A stretch of DNA of 64,000 bases from Tricharina praecox (taxonomy: Eukaryota). Below, one piece after another: positions 38,678 through 51,322 of this stretch. Below the pieces are notes generated by a model. The model was not told where the DNA came from. It saw only the letters and a program-made list of their open reading frames with translations, and did not search any database. The stretch covers positions 1,612,001-1,676,000 of the forward strand of contig NW_026250406.1 in the NCBI RefSeq assembly GCF_024521635.1, written 5' to 3'. The stretch's first letter is position 1, and each line of letters starts with the position of its first letter. Position numbers and translations under genes: made by a program.

Positions 38678-41415
38678 GGTTGTTAACAGTAACTTGATCG
38701 CCGGTGGTCGGAATCGCGAGCTTCGGTGTCTCGCGTGTGGTAGTGACTTCGCTGGAGTCTGGAGGAGTTTTGCAATGTGAATGCGATGCGGGGAGTAATT
38801 TCTCGAGATGTTGTGGTAGATGTTGTGATGGTTGTTTCGATGTAGCAGTGGTTGCAGCGGTGGTGGAGGATCTTCGCAACCGTGTGTGGGAAATGGTGTT
38901 GCTGCATGGTACTCAGAGCTATGTCACCGATACCTTTAAACGGAAACCTACATGGAAAGACCTGGATTCTATCGACTTCCCGGGACTAGCTGTGGCTCCA
39001 GGTGTGGCGTTGAAGTACGTTTGTGACCAGCCTTGTTATGGGTTCCTTCGGCTTTACCTCCAGCCCGCAATCCCTCTTCCCTTCCTCGCACAAAATCTGC
39101 CTGCACACTCTCCCTCCTCTCACAACATCCGCTCCGACTCGCAGCGAATCGATCTCGGATCCACCACACACCACCACCGCCATCGAGGCAGACGAGCGGC
39201 GATTCCACATCTCCTCCCACCGATTCCACTGCCACGACGGCAACCGCGAACCACCCCGCTGTCCAGTATGCACGTAGTCATCCCTCGCAGCGCAGCTGAA
39301 TACGGTGCGCCCATCTCCTCCTTCTCCTCCACTCTTTCGCTGACTCCGGCCAAAGTTTTCTGCTGCGAGAAGCTTCGAGACTTCATCGTCATCTTCTCAC
39401 CCGTTTGGATCTTTATTATCATCACGATGGTCATTCGCAAGCTCTATCGGATCCGCTTCACCGGCCGCGTCAGGCTTCGCATCATCCGTCGGCGGCCTAA
39501 TCGCAATCGCCAGCGTTAGGGCGGTGGAACGGTCGGCTTTGCTGGGAACTTTCAACATGTGCTGGATCTACTGAGGGTGTGATGGTACGTGGGAAGCTGT
39601 GCCGCGAGGACTGGATCTGGGTTTGTCGTACGTTGGAAGCTGTTTCGCGGGGAAGTGGTGAAAAGCGGTTGCTCTGATTGTTGTGCCTTTCATTTGACTT
39701 TTGTTTTCTGTTTACGTGATGCTAGGCTTCTTTACGGGTCTTATACGAGGTGGATATCAGGCGGTGGATCTTTGGAGGGAGGAGAATGGGACGATCGGTA
39801 TTAGGGCTACTACCGCAAATCATAGCTGATAAAGCAGGCGAATGGCACATATTGAGCTATGGAGAGAGGTACGCCAGGGCGAAAGGATCGGCGGGCGGCA
39901 GGCGAGTGGGAACCGTTTCGCACAAATGCTGGCCGCCAAGTGACAATCCATCTGCTCACACCCTCGACTGTTTGCTTATCCCTATATCCGTCTGCGGGAG
40001 AAGCCCTTTGATCTGCAGAGCGATTAGGAGGAGCTGTACTGGTGGTCGGCCGGGTCTCGCTAGGCTGATGAGCTTTCTGACAGGGACGAACCACGGGCAT
40101 GTGGAATAGTCGACGAAGGGACATGAGACATTGAGGATGCTGCTATCATGCAAAGTGTTACAGCTGGAGAAGGGAGAGTGACCTATGTTGCGTGAACGAG
40201 GCAAGCATGCCAGAGAAATGCAGACGTAGTAATCGCTACACGCCAACCCCCAAAATTAAGTCTCCTTCATCAATCCTTCCTTCATCTCCCTAGATATCCC
40301 ATTACCCCTCACTGCTCATATTTCTACTACCCGAACAGAACCAAAGCGACTATCACGCCGTTCATCCGCAACATCGCCCTCGTTATCCGACTACTATGAC
40401 CGCCAGCTTCAGTAACCTCGTTGCCGGCACCATTCCACGACTCTCCTCACGAAGACAACCGCCTATGTCCACCACGCCATCACTGCCACGCGCGAGGTTC
40501 CCGAATCACCCCACTTCCACCGCCACGACCGATTCGCGCTTCGCCTTCGAACCCACCGCCGAGTTCAACTACACCGACATGAGCATGATCACTTAGATTT
40601 GCGAGACGTCGGTTACGAGTCGGCAGACCTCTCAGCGAAACTATCTAGGTTACCGCCAATTCTCTCGCCAGCGAGAATATCTGCACATGGGCAACCCCCT
40701 CGCTTCAAAGCTACGATACGAGCAGTTGCTAGAGGATTCAGAACGTCGGATGCGGCAGACACTTGGGGAGTGTTCCATGCACGAACATCTAGTACATACG
40801 CTGCGGACGCCTTAATCCGCTGCTGCTCGGTGGCCATCCGTGCCAGGACGTATGTGGATGGGCAGTGGCTCTGGAAGTATGGAGTCAGAGTCATGGTAAT
40901 TGCGAGCTTAGGCAGACGATGGAAAGTCGGTCGATTTAGATTCTGCACGATGAAGGCTTTCGCAAACAACTACCTAATTGATGTTCCTACTTCACGTAGG
41001 TATTCGATCGTCGTGATGTCCTACTCCTAGTAGTGACTACAACTATATTTGTCTGTGCACGCTCTTCACGCAGAACCAAATTAGAACCTCGTTCCCCCAT
41101 TAACGATTAACCTATCAACGAACTCTTCAGCCGTATTCCTCCCATTGTATCTCACTCGGCGCGTAAAGTGCTGTACTTATCACTGGATTCTACCGTTGTG
41201 ATGGGCTTCGGCATAGTCTAGATAGGCTGCATGCGAAATAAACTGGAGATCTCTCTCGGATAGGATGCATGTCGGTACAGCCGGAAATCGAGCGAAAAAC
41301 CCGACCCAATTCCAGCGATTTCCCCAAGCACCTGGCCTCAAGGTTCTACTAACTGAAGCCAGGGCACTGCAGTGCCTTACAGGCCAGTATCTCCAATGGA
41401 TGAAGAAACACCCCA

Positions 41416-41700
41416 ATGCTCGCTAGAGCTGGTGCCGCTACAAAACTCAGACCCGGGAACACCTCTTCAGTAAGGACGGATTCACGATCCGCGACCTCTG
41501 CGCAGACAAGCAGTGCAGCCTGGCCATCCCCGACTTCCTTTCTCCCACTGTGGTGGCCCGTGGGCAGGCGGATCCCACAGGCTGACGAGGAAGATGCAGC
41601 AAGTGAGGTCTACGAGTGGGAGATGAGGGAGCTCGCAGAGAAGGAGGTGCTGCGGCAGCTCGAGGAGGAGGCGGCTTCCGAGAGAGGCGCCTTGGAGTAG
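41416..41700 (+). CDS. Possible terminal exon of a small orphan gene (acidic helical C-terminus)
   Basis: ...EVYEWEMRELAEKEVLRQLEEEAASERGALE* with coding-like codon usage; 5' structure unresolved. Confidence 0.3.
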   Translation: MLARAGAATKLRPGNTSSVRTDSRSATSAQTSSAAWPSPTSFLPLWWPVGRRIPQADEEDAASEVYEWEMRELAEKEVLRQLEEEAASERGALE

Positions 41701-42220
41701 GAACGAAAGGAGGATGCGGAATTTGTATTTTCCTAGTATTATTTCTTTGTTGCGCTCTATCTTCATTTTTGGGGACAGGCATGAGCGTGGGGGCAGGGAA
41801 AGCTACATCGGGCTGCTCTGCGAAAGTCGAGTTGGACAGCGGCGTGGAAACGGGGGTGTACGGGTTGATATTGCCATGATCTAGACAGGTTACATGCACT
41901 CAACGATTAAACAAAAAAGAATCACCAAATGTATTCGCCGTCGGTGAGAAGTGACTAAGCGCTCGCACGGAGATTCGCAACGTTATCATCAATTTCAACC
42001 TGATTGACAACCCTTCAATGGGATCGGCCGCGCACCACCGCAAATGTTTATCGTTAGTTTTAATCCACGAATATGCTGACATTTACTAGTGCGTGTGCAG
42101 CGTCGCGCATTATCCGCAACCACCGCTTTGATGGGTGTTCACGACAGTCTCCAAGACGCACTGTTGGGATCGAAGGCAGTACACAGAAGCGGAAGATGAT
42201 CTGGCCTGGGCCTCCGGAAG

Positions 42221-42602
42221 CAGTGCTCTACATAGACCTGACCGGTCGGCTGACCGACCAGACCTAGGCTTTAGGAGGTCGGAATATATCCCGACCGACC
42301 AGACCTTGCCGGGCTCGGTCGGCTCAGGTCGGCCGACGTCGGGTTAACTGCTAATTCTATCAGCCGCAAAAACTTTCTTAATTTCTAGCGGTTTTTAGAG
42401 CATTTCCGGCTTCAAATGTTGTTTCTTAGCCCGACCTATCCCGGCCTATGCCTGGTCGGTCGTGATATATCCCGATCCGACCTGAAAATTTATGTTCGGG
42501 ATATAACCCGACCGACCAGACCAAGTTTTTTTTGGTCGCGATATATCCCGACCGGCCCGACCATACCCAAACTTGGTCGGGACTGGTCTATGTAGAACAC
42601 TG
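42221..42602. mobile_element. hAT-type MITE, copy 1 (382 bp)
   Basis: TIR CAGTG(C/T)TCTACATAGACC; 8-bp TSD TCCGGAAG / CCCGGAAG; many subterminal CCGAC and GATATATCCCG repeats. Confidence 0.88.
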
Positions 42603-44285
42603 CCCGGAAGTGGAAAACGATCTGGCCTGCGGGCCCTGCGGGGGTAGCTGAGATGCCTGCCCCGTCAGGCAGTAAATCTCCCGATACCACTGCGGCTTCG
42701 GTGGATTGCAGTTACATAAAGGACGCGCCGATCGGGCTTTCCGAGTGGTGGAAGTACCACCTCAACAGATTTAGGGTCGCGAGGTGTTACGATATCGGAA
42801 GATTTCACTTGGGAGATCAGGTGTGGCCTGCGGGCCTGCAGGGGTGGCTGCGATGCCTAGAGAGTGAATCTCCCAGAGGGCCAGTGAGTCTCTTGCATCC
42901 TATTTACTCATGTGGGCCATGTTCAAGTGTACGCAACGTATGCTAACGACAATGACGGACGAGGAGGAAACCATTCATTTATGTCCTGCGGGCCTGCGGG
43001 AGTGGCTGCCATGCCTGCAGGCTTCCAATATAATCCTCTCGACTCTGTACCCGGACCCCGAGACCGGCAGCGTCGAGACCGTCCCCACATCGATCGCCTT
43101 CGACTCCGCCGAGGTCACCCTAGCCTCCAGGCTCCAGCACCAAGTCCGTCGTCGCCTCGACCGGCGATCTCGCAGTCCACGCGCCCCCTCGCCGACGGCA
43201 GGCCTCGCCTCCGGCAGCCTCGACGCGCTGTTCACGAGTGTTACCGCGTCATCCTTCCTCTCGGCGGAAGCTGACAGCGCAGGAACAACCAACACACTGT
43301 CTTCCTGGACGCTTCTGGTGGTTATCGGGATCGTGGCCGTGGCCGTGGCCGCGAGCGTGTAGTACACTCTCGAAGTCTATGTTTACGGATATGTCCCTTT
43401 CTGGATGGTATATTGGCATTCTGGTCCTTTGTCCTAGGTAATAATTCGCGCTGGATGGCTGGGGTGTTACGATGTTAGAATGATTTCACTTGGGAGATCA
43501 AGTGCGGCCTGCGGGCCTACGTGGGTGGCTGCGATGCCTGCCCCGCTAGGGAGTGAATCTCCCAGAGGGCCAGTGAGTCTGTTCCATCCTATTCATACTG
43601 GTCGACGTCAGTTCCGATTCACAAAACCTCGAAGAGCAGATGCTAGCCATTAATTACTGTGGTGGCCTGCGGGCCCGTGGCAGTGTTCTACACAGACCAG
43701 TCCCGACCAAATTTGGGTATGGTCGGGTCGGTCGGGATATATCCCGACCAAAAAAAACTCTGGTATGGTCGGTCGGAATATATCCCGAGTAAAAGAAACA
43801 CTCGTCTGGTCGGTCGGGATATATCGCGACCAAAACAAAACTTGGTCTGGCCGGTCGGGTTATATCCCGAGCATAAATTTCAGGCCTGGTCGTGATATAT
43901 CCTGACCGACCAAGCATAGGTCGGGATAGGTCGGACTAAGAAACAAAATTTGAAGCCGGAAATGCGCTAAAACCGCTAGACACTCAGGATTTTTTTGCGG
44001 CTGATAGAATTGGCAGTTAACCCGACGTCGGCCGACCTGGGCCGACCGAGCCTGGCAAGGTCTGGTCGGCCGACTGGTCTGGTCTATGTAGAAAACTGGC
44101 CCGCGGGGGTGGCTGAGATGCCTGCCCCGTCAGGGAATAAATCTCCCGGTACCACTGCTGCTTCGATGGATTGCAGTTACATAAAGGACCCACAAATCGG
44201 GCTTTCCAAGGGGTGGAATTACCACCTCAACAGATTTAGGGTCGCGAGGTGTTACAAAATCGGAATGATTTCACTTGGGGGATCA
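42603..44285. repeat. Degenerate array of units containing GGCCTGCGGGCCTGCGGGGGTGGCTG.GATGCCTG
   Basis: Units near 42623, 42824, 42984, 43505 and 43663/44099 (the last split by MITE copy 2); 42630-42815 is closely repeated at 44100-44280. Confidence 0.85.
43681..44098. mobile_element. hAT-type MITE, copy 2 (418 bp), inverted relative to copy 1
   Basis: TIRs CAGTGTTCTACACAGACC ... GGTCTATGTAGAAAACTG; 8-bp TSD GCCCGTGG / GCCCGCGG; body is the reverse complement of 42221..42602. Confidence 0.88.
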
Positions 44286-45079
44286 CAGTTTGTTTTTTTG
44301 TTTTTGTTTGCTTGGGGGCGATGCCAATTGTTTCTGATGGGAGACCCGATGCGGTCGTTAACGGTTTAATTGTTTTTGCTGTCACTTTTTCTGTCGTCCA
44401 TGCTCGTCTTGTTTTCGTTTCATCATTATCATAGAACTTTCTTCGAATTGATCAAGTTTTTGTTCCTCACCCGTTTTTGGGTCTCTGAGTATTCGATCAA
44501 AGAGACAAATATCAGCGTTTATATTACTGCTTGAAGTGCAAGCACTTTATCGTTACTTTCTACAGGCGCGCGAATTCCACTTTCGCCGGGAAAAAAGAGG
44601 TTGGGTGCATCTATAGTAGACGTCTCCACCTCGCCGTATAGGAAGCGGGATGCTATCCCTTGGATCGTAACTTTAGACTTAGAGTTCCAAAAGGGCCACG
44701 CGCCTCCACTCAACCCAGAAAATCTCTAAAAGTAAGCCATATACGTCCAAAGAATTTGCGGAGAGAGTTGTTCTCTTGGCTCCTAGCTACAGTCTAGTCA
44801 ATTTTGAAAATTTTCACGCTTGTGGTTGAGGTTATAAACGAGAAGAGGCATGAGAGATCTTCGCCATCTGACAAGTCGCAATTTCAGATACAAACCTGCC
44901 TCGTTCAGCACGAAAATCACCTAAGTAATGACCATTTCGGGATACAAAGAAATGATGTATTGAGAGCCCTTGGGGGTCACCAACTCTCCAAAAGACAAAG
45001 CATCGATGAATAAATGCTGCCGCACGGTATATCACTCGCTGAAACCTGGCAGCTCGATAAATCACACCCTTGAAGCGGG

Positions 45080-45220
45080 CAGTGTTCTCTATAGTCCGGA
45101 CCGGGCGGACTACCAAGATCCAGTTCTGTCCATGCCTTTTTTGCGGACGGGATAAAAGTAGTCCGTCCCGTCCGTCAATTTGCTGGACGGGGTTGGACTG
45201 CAGTCGATTGCAGTCCGGTA
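45080..45220. mobile_element. Probable left end of a related hAT-like element
   Basis: Starts CAGTGTTCTCTATAGTCC, followed by repeated GTCCG/CGGAC subterminal motifs; no partner TIR found. Confidence 0.45.
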
Positions 45221-46404
45221 GTGATTAAAAATGCCACTATTTTCAGCACTTTCCCCACCAAATTTGCCAGTATTTCCGACTCTCGTGTGGTGAATAGCGT
45301 CCAGTGGCAGCAAAACCGGGAGCGGCGACACCATCTTCATCCAGCACCAGTAATGCCGCGCCACAATCTTCTTCCATTAGCAATAATATGCGCCACAATT
45401 TGCGCCACAATGTTTGTTTAGTACCATCCACGCCGCGGCGTCATCTTTAGCCCATGCGCATATGCTTCCCTCAGCCACTACAACCGCCGATAATACGCCG
45501 CGGGCTTTCTATCATGATTTCTGTCGCCTTGTCCAAGTCTTGGCATAGACCACCGGACACAAAGTAGGCTCGTTTTGAGATGACGAAAAATGTCGACATT
45601 TGCCGCCAAAACCTAATGATCGCGTAAGGTCTGGGGGGTGCCGCTGCGTCACATCAATTTCTAGAGCAGCTGCATCATATTTTACGAATTCTAGGGATTG
45701 AGGGCAAGATTTCATGTGGTGGTGGGCCAGTATGGTCGTGGAAAGCTGTGAAAATCACGCGAATTTGCGCTTCTGGGTGGAAATTGGCCTTAAACCATCA
45801 GTAGAACCACCATGATATGATTAAAACCCTTTAATCGTATCTAAATAAAAACTCTATCTAGTCACAGCCCTACTCCGGGGTGTTGGTGGTGCGACTGGGC
45901 GGATGGAGGAGTGGCCATTTCTGAGGCGATTTTGGAACTCCAGCGCGTTACGATCCATGGGATAGTATGTCTTAATGCCGACAGTCTGGCAATTGCTGTA
46001 TGTTGCATATCGTCCTATCCACAGCCACGCGATCATGTCATATTTCTTCCCCTCCGATTTCTCCAACCTCGGCCTCACCAGCCTTGCATCACAACTTCTC
46101 GGACTTCAGCAGATCACATTATACCTACATCGTTCCCAGGAGTAATCGCTGTGATTCTCAAGTTGCGTAACTGCAACAAGAGCGTGCATTTCTTGCTTCA
46201 CTAGTTGGCCCACCACCCTCAAGCGACCCTTGTTGGCTGGGTCTTCAACCTTCACCACGTCGCCATGGATGCAAAAACATTGCAGGTCACTCGTTGATTC
46301 AACTTTGTTGCGGCGCGCCACATGTGACAGTGCAGGTTCAATCAAGTCCAACAAATGACCTCTTGCATCGTATCATCACTCCATCGGAAAAAATATCTAT
46401 AGCT

Positions 46405-48699
46405 CTATCTATCCAGTTGATAAACACTCTCGCATTCCGCCACTACCCTCCCTTTTCCCTTGAAACCCCATTCGGTTCCATCACCCACGGCTTTCATCCT
46501 TGACCGCGCCCACCTACCTGGGACCCTAAAGAGAGAGCCAATCGGCACCTGGTAAGTCCTCGCACCGCGCAGCTCGTCCAACTCCAACGCCCTCTGCACG
46601 GCCGCCCTATTCCACAGGACCTCCTCGTGCTTGACGACGTACTTCAGCCCCAGTTGCTCGTAGTCGATCTCCTCGCGGTTCCTGAAGCAGCGCAGGGCTT
46701 CGCCAAACACGAACATGGCATCCTTGTACCTGCGGTCCTGGAACAGGATCCCGCCGAGCTGCATCCAGCCCACGCAGAACCAGTGGTCGAGCTCGATCGA
46801 GCGCTCAAAGTTTTCCACCGCCAGCTCCGGCGCGCTGCTGAACAGGTGCAGCTGCCCGATGTTGAACTGGATGTGCGGCGTCTGCCTCGAGTTGCTGTAG
46901 TACTTCAGCGCCAGCGGGATCTCGTTCTTGTCGAATGCGATCTCGGCGTTCAGCAGCCCCTTGATCGCGTCGAGGAACGGCTCCCGACGGGTACCACTCG
47001 CCGCCACGTGCGGAGCTATGTTGGAGCGGATTGTCATGTCTAGTTTCGGTGGGCGTGCCTTGAGTCCGCTGCTACGGTCGGGGTTCATCGCCGGAGGCCC
47101 TATCAAACCGCCGCGCGGTATGGTGTGCTGCGGTGCACTGCCAACGCGCACCTTCGGAGGGGGTCTGGTCTTCTCGATGCCGGTGCGATTATACTGCTGG
47201 GGTTGCTCCGACTGACGCCGTTGGTGGTTGTGGGGTCTTTCGGAAGGCTGTTGATGTGGATTCTGCTGTAGCCTCTCGCCGCTGGTGGTATTAACTCGCT
47301 CTTGAGGCGGCTGCTGTGGCTGACGATGCGGCTGCTGTACGGTAATGGCATCACTGCTGACCCGCCGGGGAAGCTGCTGTTGATGCGACTGCTGTTGTTG
47401 ACGTTGCAGCTGCAGTACGGTGATGGCGTCGCTACTAACTCGCCGGGGAAGCTGTTGCCGGGGATGTGGCGAGCCCTGACTGCTATTGGAACTAACTCGC
47501 TCGTCATGCCGGGGGCTCCGCGGGCTACTCCCACCCTCCCGAGGATTTTGGGGTCGCGGGGGAGGGGATATTGGCGTACCATCGAGTTCGAGCTGCTCGT
47601 GAGGCGAAGCACTTTCGGGGCGCGGTCTGGGCGGACTCCTGGGGTTGAGGTCTTGTTGCTCGTGTGGTCCTGGGGTGTAAAAGATGCTTCTGCCTCGTTG
47701 CTCGTATGATCCCTGGCTGTAAATACTGCTGCGACCCAGGCTCTGCTCGTATGGCTGCTCTTGCCAACTATCGCCGTCGGTCTCGTGCGTCTGCGGCGAA
47801 GGCAGCGGGCTCACGTCGATTACAAAATTCTCCTCCGGCTGCTGGTACAAATCCCTTAGGGACTCTGCATCCTGAGAACTTCCATCCACCAGCCTTGTCC
47901 GTGGTGAGGTCGGGCTGCCGAGATTTCGAACCTGCTGCTGTCGCGGCCGCGGCGGAGTTCCATGGTTTTGTCTGCTCGACGGCCGAGCCAGAGCTGCAGG
48001 CCTTGGTGTGCTCATCCTGTCGGCCAGCGAGGCCATATTTGGCCGCCTTCCCATCGGATTATCCGGCCGTGGCGCCAACGACATTGTCAACCTCTGCTCG
48101 GGCAGTCGTTCCTCCGTGTCCGCCGTCCTCCGCTGCAGAGGCGGCCTGGGCGCCGGCGGCGGTAGACTGCTAGTCTCGTTTTCCAACGCAACGATCGAAA
48201 CCCGCCTGTTCCGTAGCTGCGGTAACGACCGCTGGATTGGATCGACCGTCGGCGATGTCTGCGTGTCCATACCCCTGCTCTCTACCATCGAAGCCTGGCC
48301 GTCCCACGACGTCAGTGTCTGCGCCGTCTGAGATGTCTGTGCCCTTCCCCGCGCCCCGGGAATAGCAATGGGATGGCTGGGCTCCCCCGGCGTGCGTGTA
48401 TTCTCGAAGGCGCCGTCATACCGCCTCGCTTGGCCGGGGTCCACCACCTTCCCCTTGGCCTTCCCCTTCCCCTTACCAGTGACATCCGCAAATGTTATCG
48501 GCTCGTGGTACACAGGACTAATTGCCGGGAACGAGGCTTTCTGCTTCCCCTTGTCGGGGGGCTTCTTCTTCTCGGCGCCGGAGCCGACGAGGAAGCGAAG
48601 TAGTCTGCCGGGGCGCTTTGGGGTTGGAGGCTCGTCGGGTGGGTCGTCGGAGTTGGCGAGCAGCTTGCTGGAGGTGGATTGCTTCTTTAAGGGAGTCAT
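46405..48699 (-). CDS. NoxR/p67phox-like TPR protein with long disordered N-terminus (764 aa)
   Basis: Intronless ORF. The C-terminal ~190 aa show IQFNIG, SIELDHWFCVGWMQLG, IDYEQLGLKY...EVLWNRA, YQVPIGSLFRVP and FKGKGRVVA, paralleling NoxR ILFNxG, AIRLDQYLAVAYFQQG, IDYxQLGL..EVLFNR, FSIPVGVVYRP and YLGKARLVA. Confidence 0.8.
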   Translation of the reverse strand: MTPLKKQSTSSKLLANSDDPPDEPPTPKRPGRLLRFLVGSGAEKKKPPDKGKQKASFPAISPVYHEPITFADVTGKGKGKAKGKVVDPGQARRYDGAFENTRTPGEPSHPIAIPGARGRAQTSQTAQTLTSWDGQASMVESRGMDTQTSPTVDPIQRSLPQLRNRRVSIVALENETSSLPPPAPRPPLQRRTADTEERLPEQRLTMSLAPRPDNPMGRRPNMASLADRMSTPRPAALARPSSRQNHGTPPRPRQQQVRNLGSPTSPRTRLVDGSSQDAESLRDLYQQPEENFVIDVSPLPSPQTHETDGDSWQEQPYEQSLGRSSIYSQGSYEQRGRSIFYTPGPHEQQDLNPRSPPRPRPESASPHEQLELDGTPISPPPRPQNPREGGSSPRSPRHDERVSSNSSQGSPHPRQQLPRRVSSDAITVLQLQRQQQQSHQQQLPRRVSSDAITVQQPHRQPQQPPQERVNTTSGERLQQNPHQQPSERPHNHQRRQSEQPQQYNRTGIEKTRPPPKVRVGSAPQHTIPRGGLIGPPAMNPDRSSGLKARPPKLDMTIRSNIAPHVAASGTRREPFLDAIKGLLNAEIAFDKNEIPLALKYYSNSRQTPHIQFNIGQLHLFSSAPELAVENFERSIELDHWFCVGWMQLGGILFQDRRYKDAMFVFGEALRCFRNREEIDYEQLGLKYVVKHEEVLWNRAAVQRALELDELRGARTYQVPIGSLFRVPGRWARSRMKAVGDGTEWGFKGKGRVVAECESVYQLDR

Positions 48700-51322
48700 T
48701 GCGTCTGGCTGATCTCGTGGTGGTGATTAAGGTTGTGATTAAGGTAAGAGATTCGAGTGATTTAGATGGTAGCGGCGGTGATTAAGGTAGTATGTAAGAG
48801 TGAGAGGAGCGGTGTGATATCCTACCCGAGGAACGGGAGGAGGAGGGCGAGATGAAGCAAAGGTGTGACCATGCGGTGAGCATTGAAATAGTTTTCGGGA
48901 TTTGAATGATCACCGTTGGGTTGTGAGTTGTCAATTGTGGATCGCGGTCACGTGTGTTCACTGGGATCATTCACAACTACAACACGAAGTACCTAGGGTA
49001 AGGCCAGACCGCAATTATCGCCGTGTTTCATCGTCGAAGAGGGGCTAAGGAGGGGGCTCTGGGCATGCTGAGCAGCGAATCCTCCTCGAATTCTCGTGTC
49101 CAACCAAGAAAGCCGCAACTTGTAAATACAAAAGAACCCCCTGCAAGGCTACAGCCCGAGCCCGCCTTCAATGACTCAGCCTCAGGTATGCCATGCTCTT
49201 ACGCCAGTGCACGTGATACAGACCCCCCTCGTCGGTAGCCCGCGGGAAATCCCTTATTGCTGAGATGCACCTTTTTAAAACATTTATCGCAAAGAGAACT
49301 GCCATCCACCGAACGTGTTTCTATTGCTCAGTCGCAGAAACAAGTTACAGAGTGCCAATTGCGCATCATCTACCGTCCTCTAATATCCGTGATAAATGCT
49401 CACCGAGTAGGTACATAGGTAGCCAGTGTCGAGTCCCGCGCTTTGCTCGGCCCGGCCGACCGCCTAACAATCGATATAATTGGAAAATAATTCCCGTTCG
49501 TGCTGTCTGCCGAATCGAGAGGCCCATCCTATGCGATCGTCGTGGTGTCGAGGTCGTAGGAGTGGACCATCCGGGATGGTCTACGGGAATGAGCAGAGTT
49601 TTTTGGTATGATATGCCGATTAAAATCACCATAGATTATACAAGAAACGTGACAAGTCTATCTCAGGCTTCCGCAGTCGGAAACGTGTGGAGTGAAAACG
49701 AGTTTGTGAGCCTATCAGTGATCTACTTCCGCAACTTCCATCCCACGCACTCTCCCGCCGCAGTCCAGGTCCGCAATTGGGAGCCTATCAGAGTGCTAGT
49801 TTTTTCACTTCTGTCTCGAGCACTTTCCCGCCACGCAGGCTATCATCGGGACATCCCGCGCCTGGCTCGGCCATCCCTAAGTAATTATTGCGATATAGGA
49901 GCAATATCACGGCTCATTCGTTCCCACCCAGGACTTCATTTACGCCCATGTACCGTATGTACCATCGACTAGACGTCCTCCCCTGACTCCCAATTCCCGC
50001 TTCTCCACACTCGCCATTCTTGTTCTAGTTTTCCTTCACCTTCCCGCCGTTTCGGCATCCCTCTTAGTGTCCGTTTTGACTCCACGAAACCTAATGTTAC
50101 ATGCTTCCCGCCGACGGACTACTGCATCTCCCCGCGCGGGAAGCACCTTGAGGATGTACCTAAGGATGTACCCCACAGCGGTACCGGCAGATACGAGCCA
50201 GAGATAAGTGGGAAGGACTTCCGGATACCGATAGGAGTTGCGCATGCTGCTGCTGCTGCGAGTCCATCTCGACGGCGAGATAAACAGGAGGAGAAGCGTC
50301 AGCTGCAAAATCCAGATATCGATGGGCGATCTTCATGATCACCACTTACGGTACAGTGCCTGGCAATCAAGGGACAGAAACTTCCCTGCTGCACATCTTG
50401 CGCATCTGCGTATCTTCTCCTCACATCCCGCAGCCGCGTTCCAATCACTTGTCTCCTGCCATCCATCTCCTCTTCTCTTCTCTTCACCCTCGCTTGCGGA
50501 TCAAGATGGAAAGATGCAGGGCGGATGACAGCTGCCCGACACTCCACCTCTTTCTTCTTTTTTCTTCTGCTCCTAATTCTTCCCCATTCCATCGCAGATC
50601 GCAGATGCAAACGGTTCCGTTTGCTTTTCTTCTGGCGTTCGAATTGTTTCCCATCGCGCTGTAGTCGCGCGGCCGCGGCCGCGGGGCTAGATATGATGAC
50701 GTTCCCTGCACACAACCGCCCCCGCCCCCACACTCCATCCCCGCATCCCACCCCGCGTTGACGGTGCGCCACCACCGCCACCCGCTGCCACCGCCAACCA
50801 CCACCACCATGATTCCGCACTATCGCACTATCCACAGCAACGGCTCAGTCATCGCGGATCCTGGCACCATGTCCCCCGATATTGGCGTGCATCGCCCCTC
50901 CCTCCCTGCCACCCTTCCTGGCCGATAGCTATCGAAGGGGTGCCGCGAACGCGCGTTCCGATTGGCCCCGCGTAGCCCCGCCGGCGAAGGGGAAACATCC
51001 AACAAACATGTGCGCGAAAACGCAGAAAGTGCGAGATATATGCTACCTGTATCTTGGTGCAGTGCAGTGCAGATCCCGACCGCATCGACTGGGGGCCTTG
51101 TTACCAACCATGGTGTGCGAACAATTGGAGACCGCTACCCCGCTTCGCGCGATGGGTTTTTAACCCCCGCTTCTCCCCCGCGAAGAGTGGGCTGTATTGA
51201 CAGACATCTGCATTAGTCGACTCCATCCACGCCTCCCTATCCTAAATCCATCATACCTCTCACGAATACACACATCCTTCGAAACCTCCCCCCTCCACAC
51301 ACACACACACACCACCGCAACC

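Noticed and set aside
38704..39519. 271-aa ORF
   Set aside because: Appears to be a chance fusion of non-coding sequence with a possible short hydrophobic exon; no supportable gene model.
40396..40700. ORF MTASFSNL... ending in TAG with possible continuation
   Set aside because: No homology cue to support a pseudogene call.
42221..44098. One 1.9-kb element with long TIRs
   Set aside because: Each arm has its own TIR pair and its own 8-bp TSD; the outer flanks do not match.
49265..49972. 235-aa ORF
   Set aside because: No recognisable domain or coding-like bias; lies in the divergent intergenic region between two real genes.
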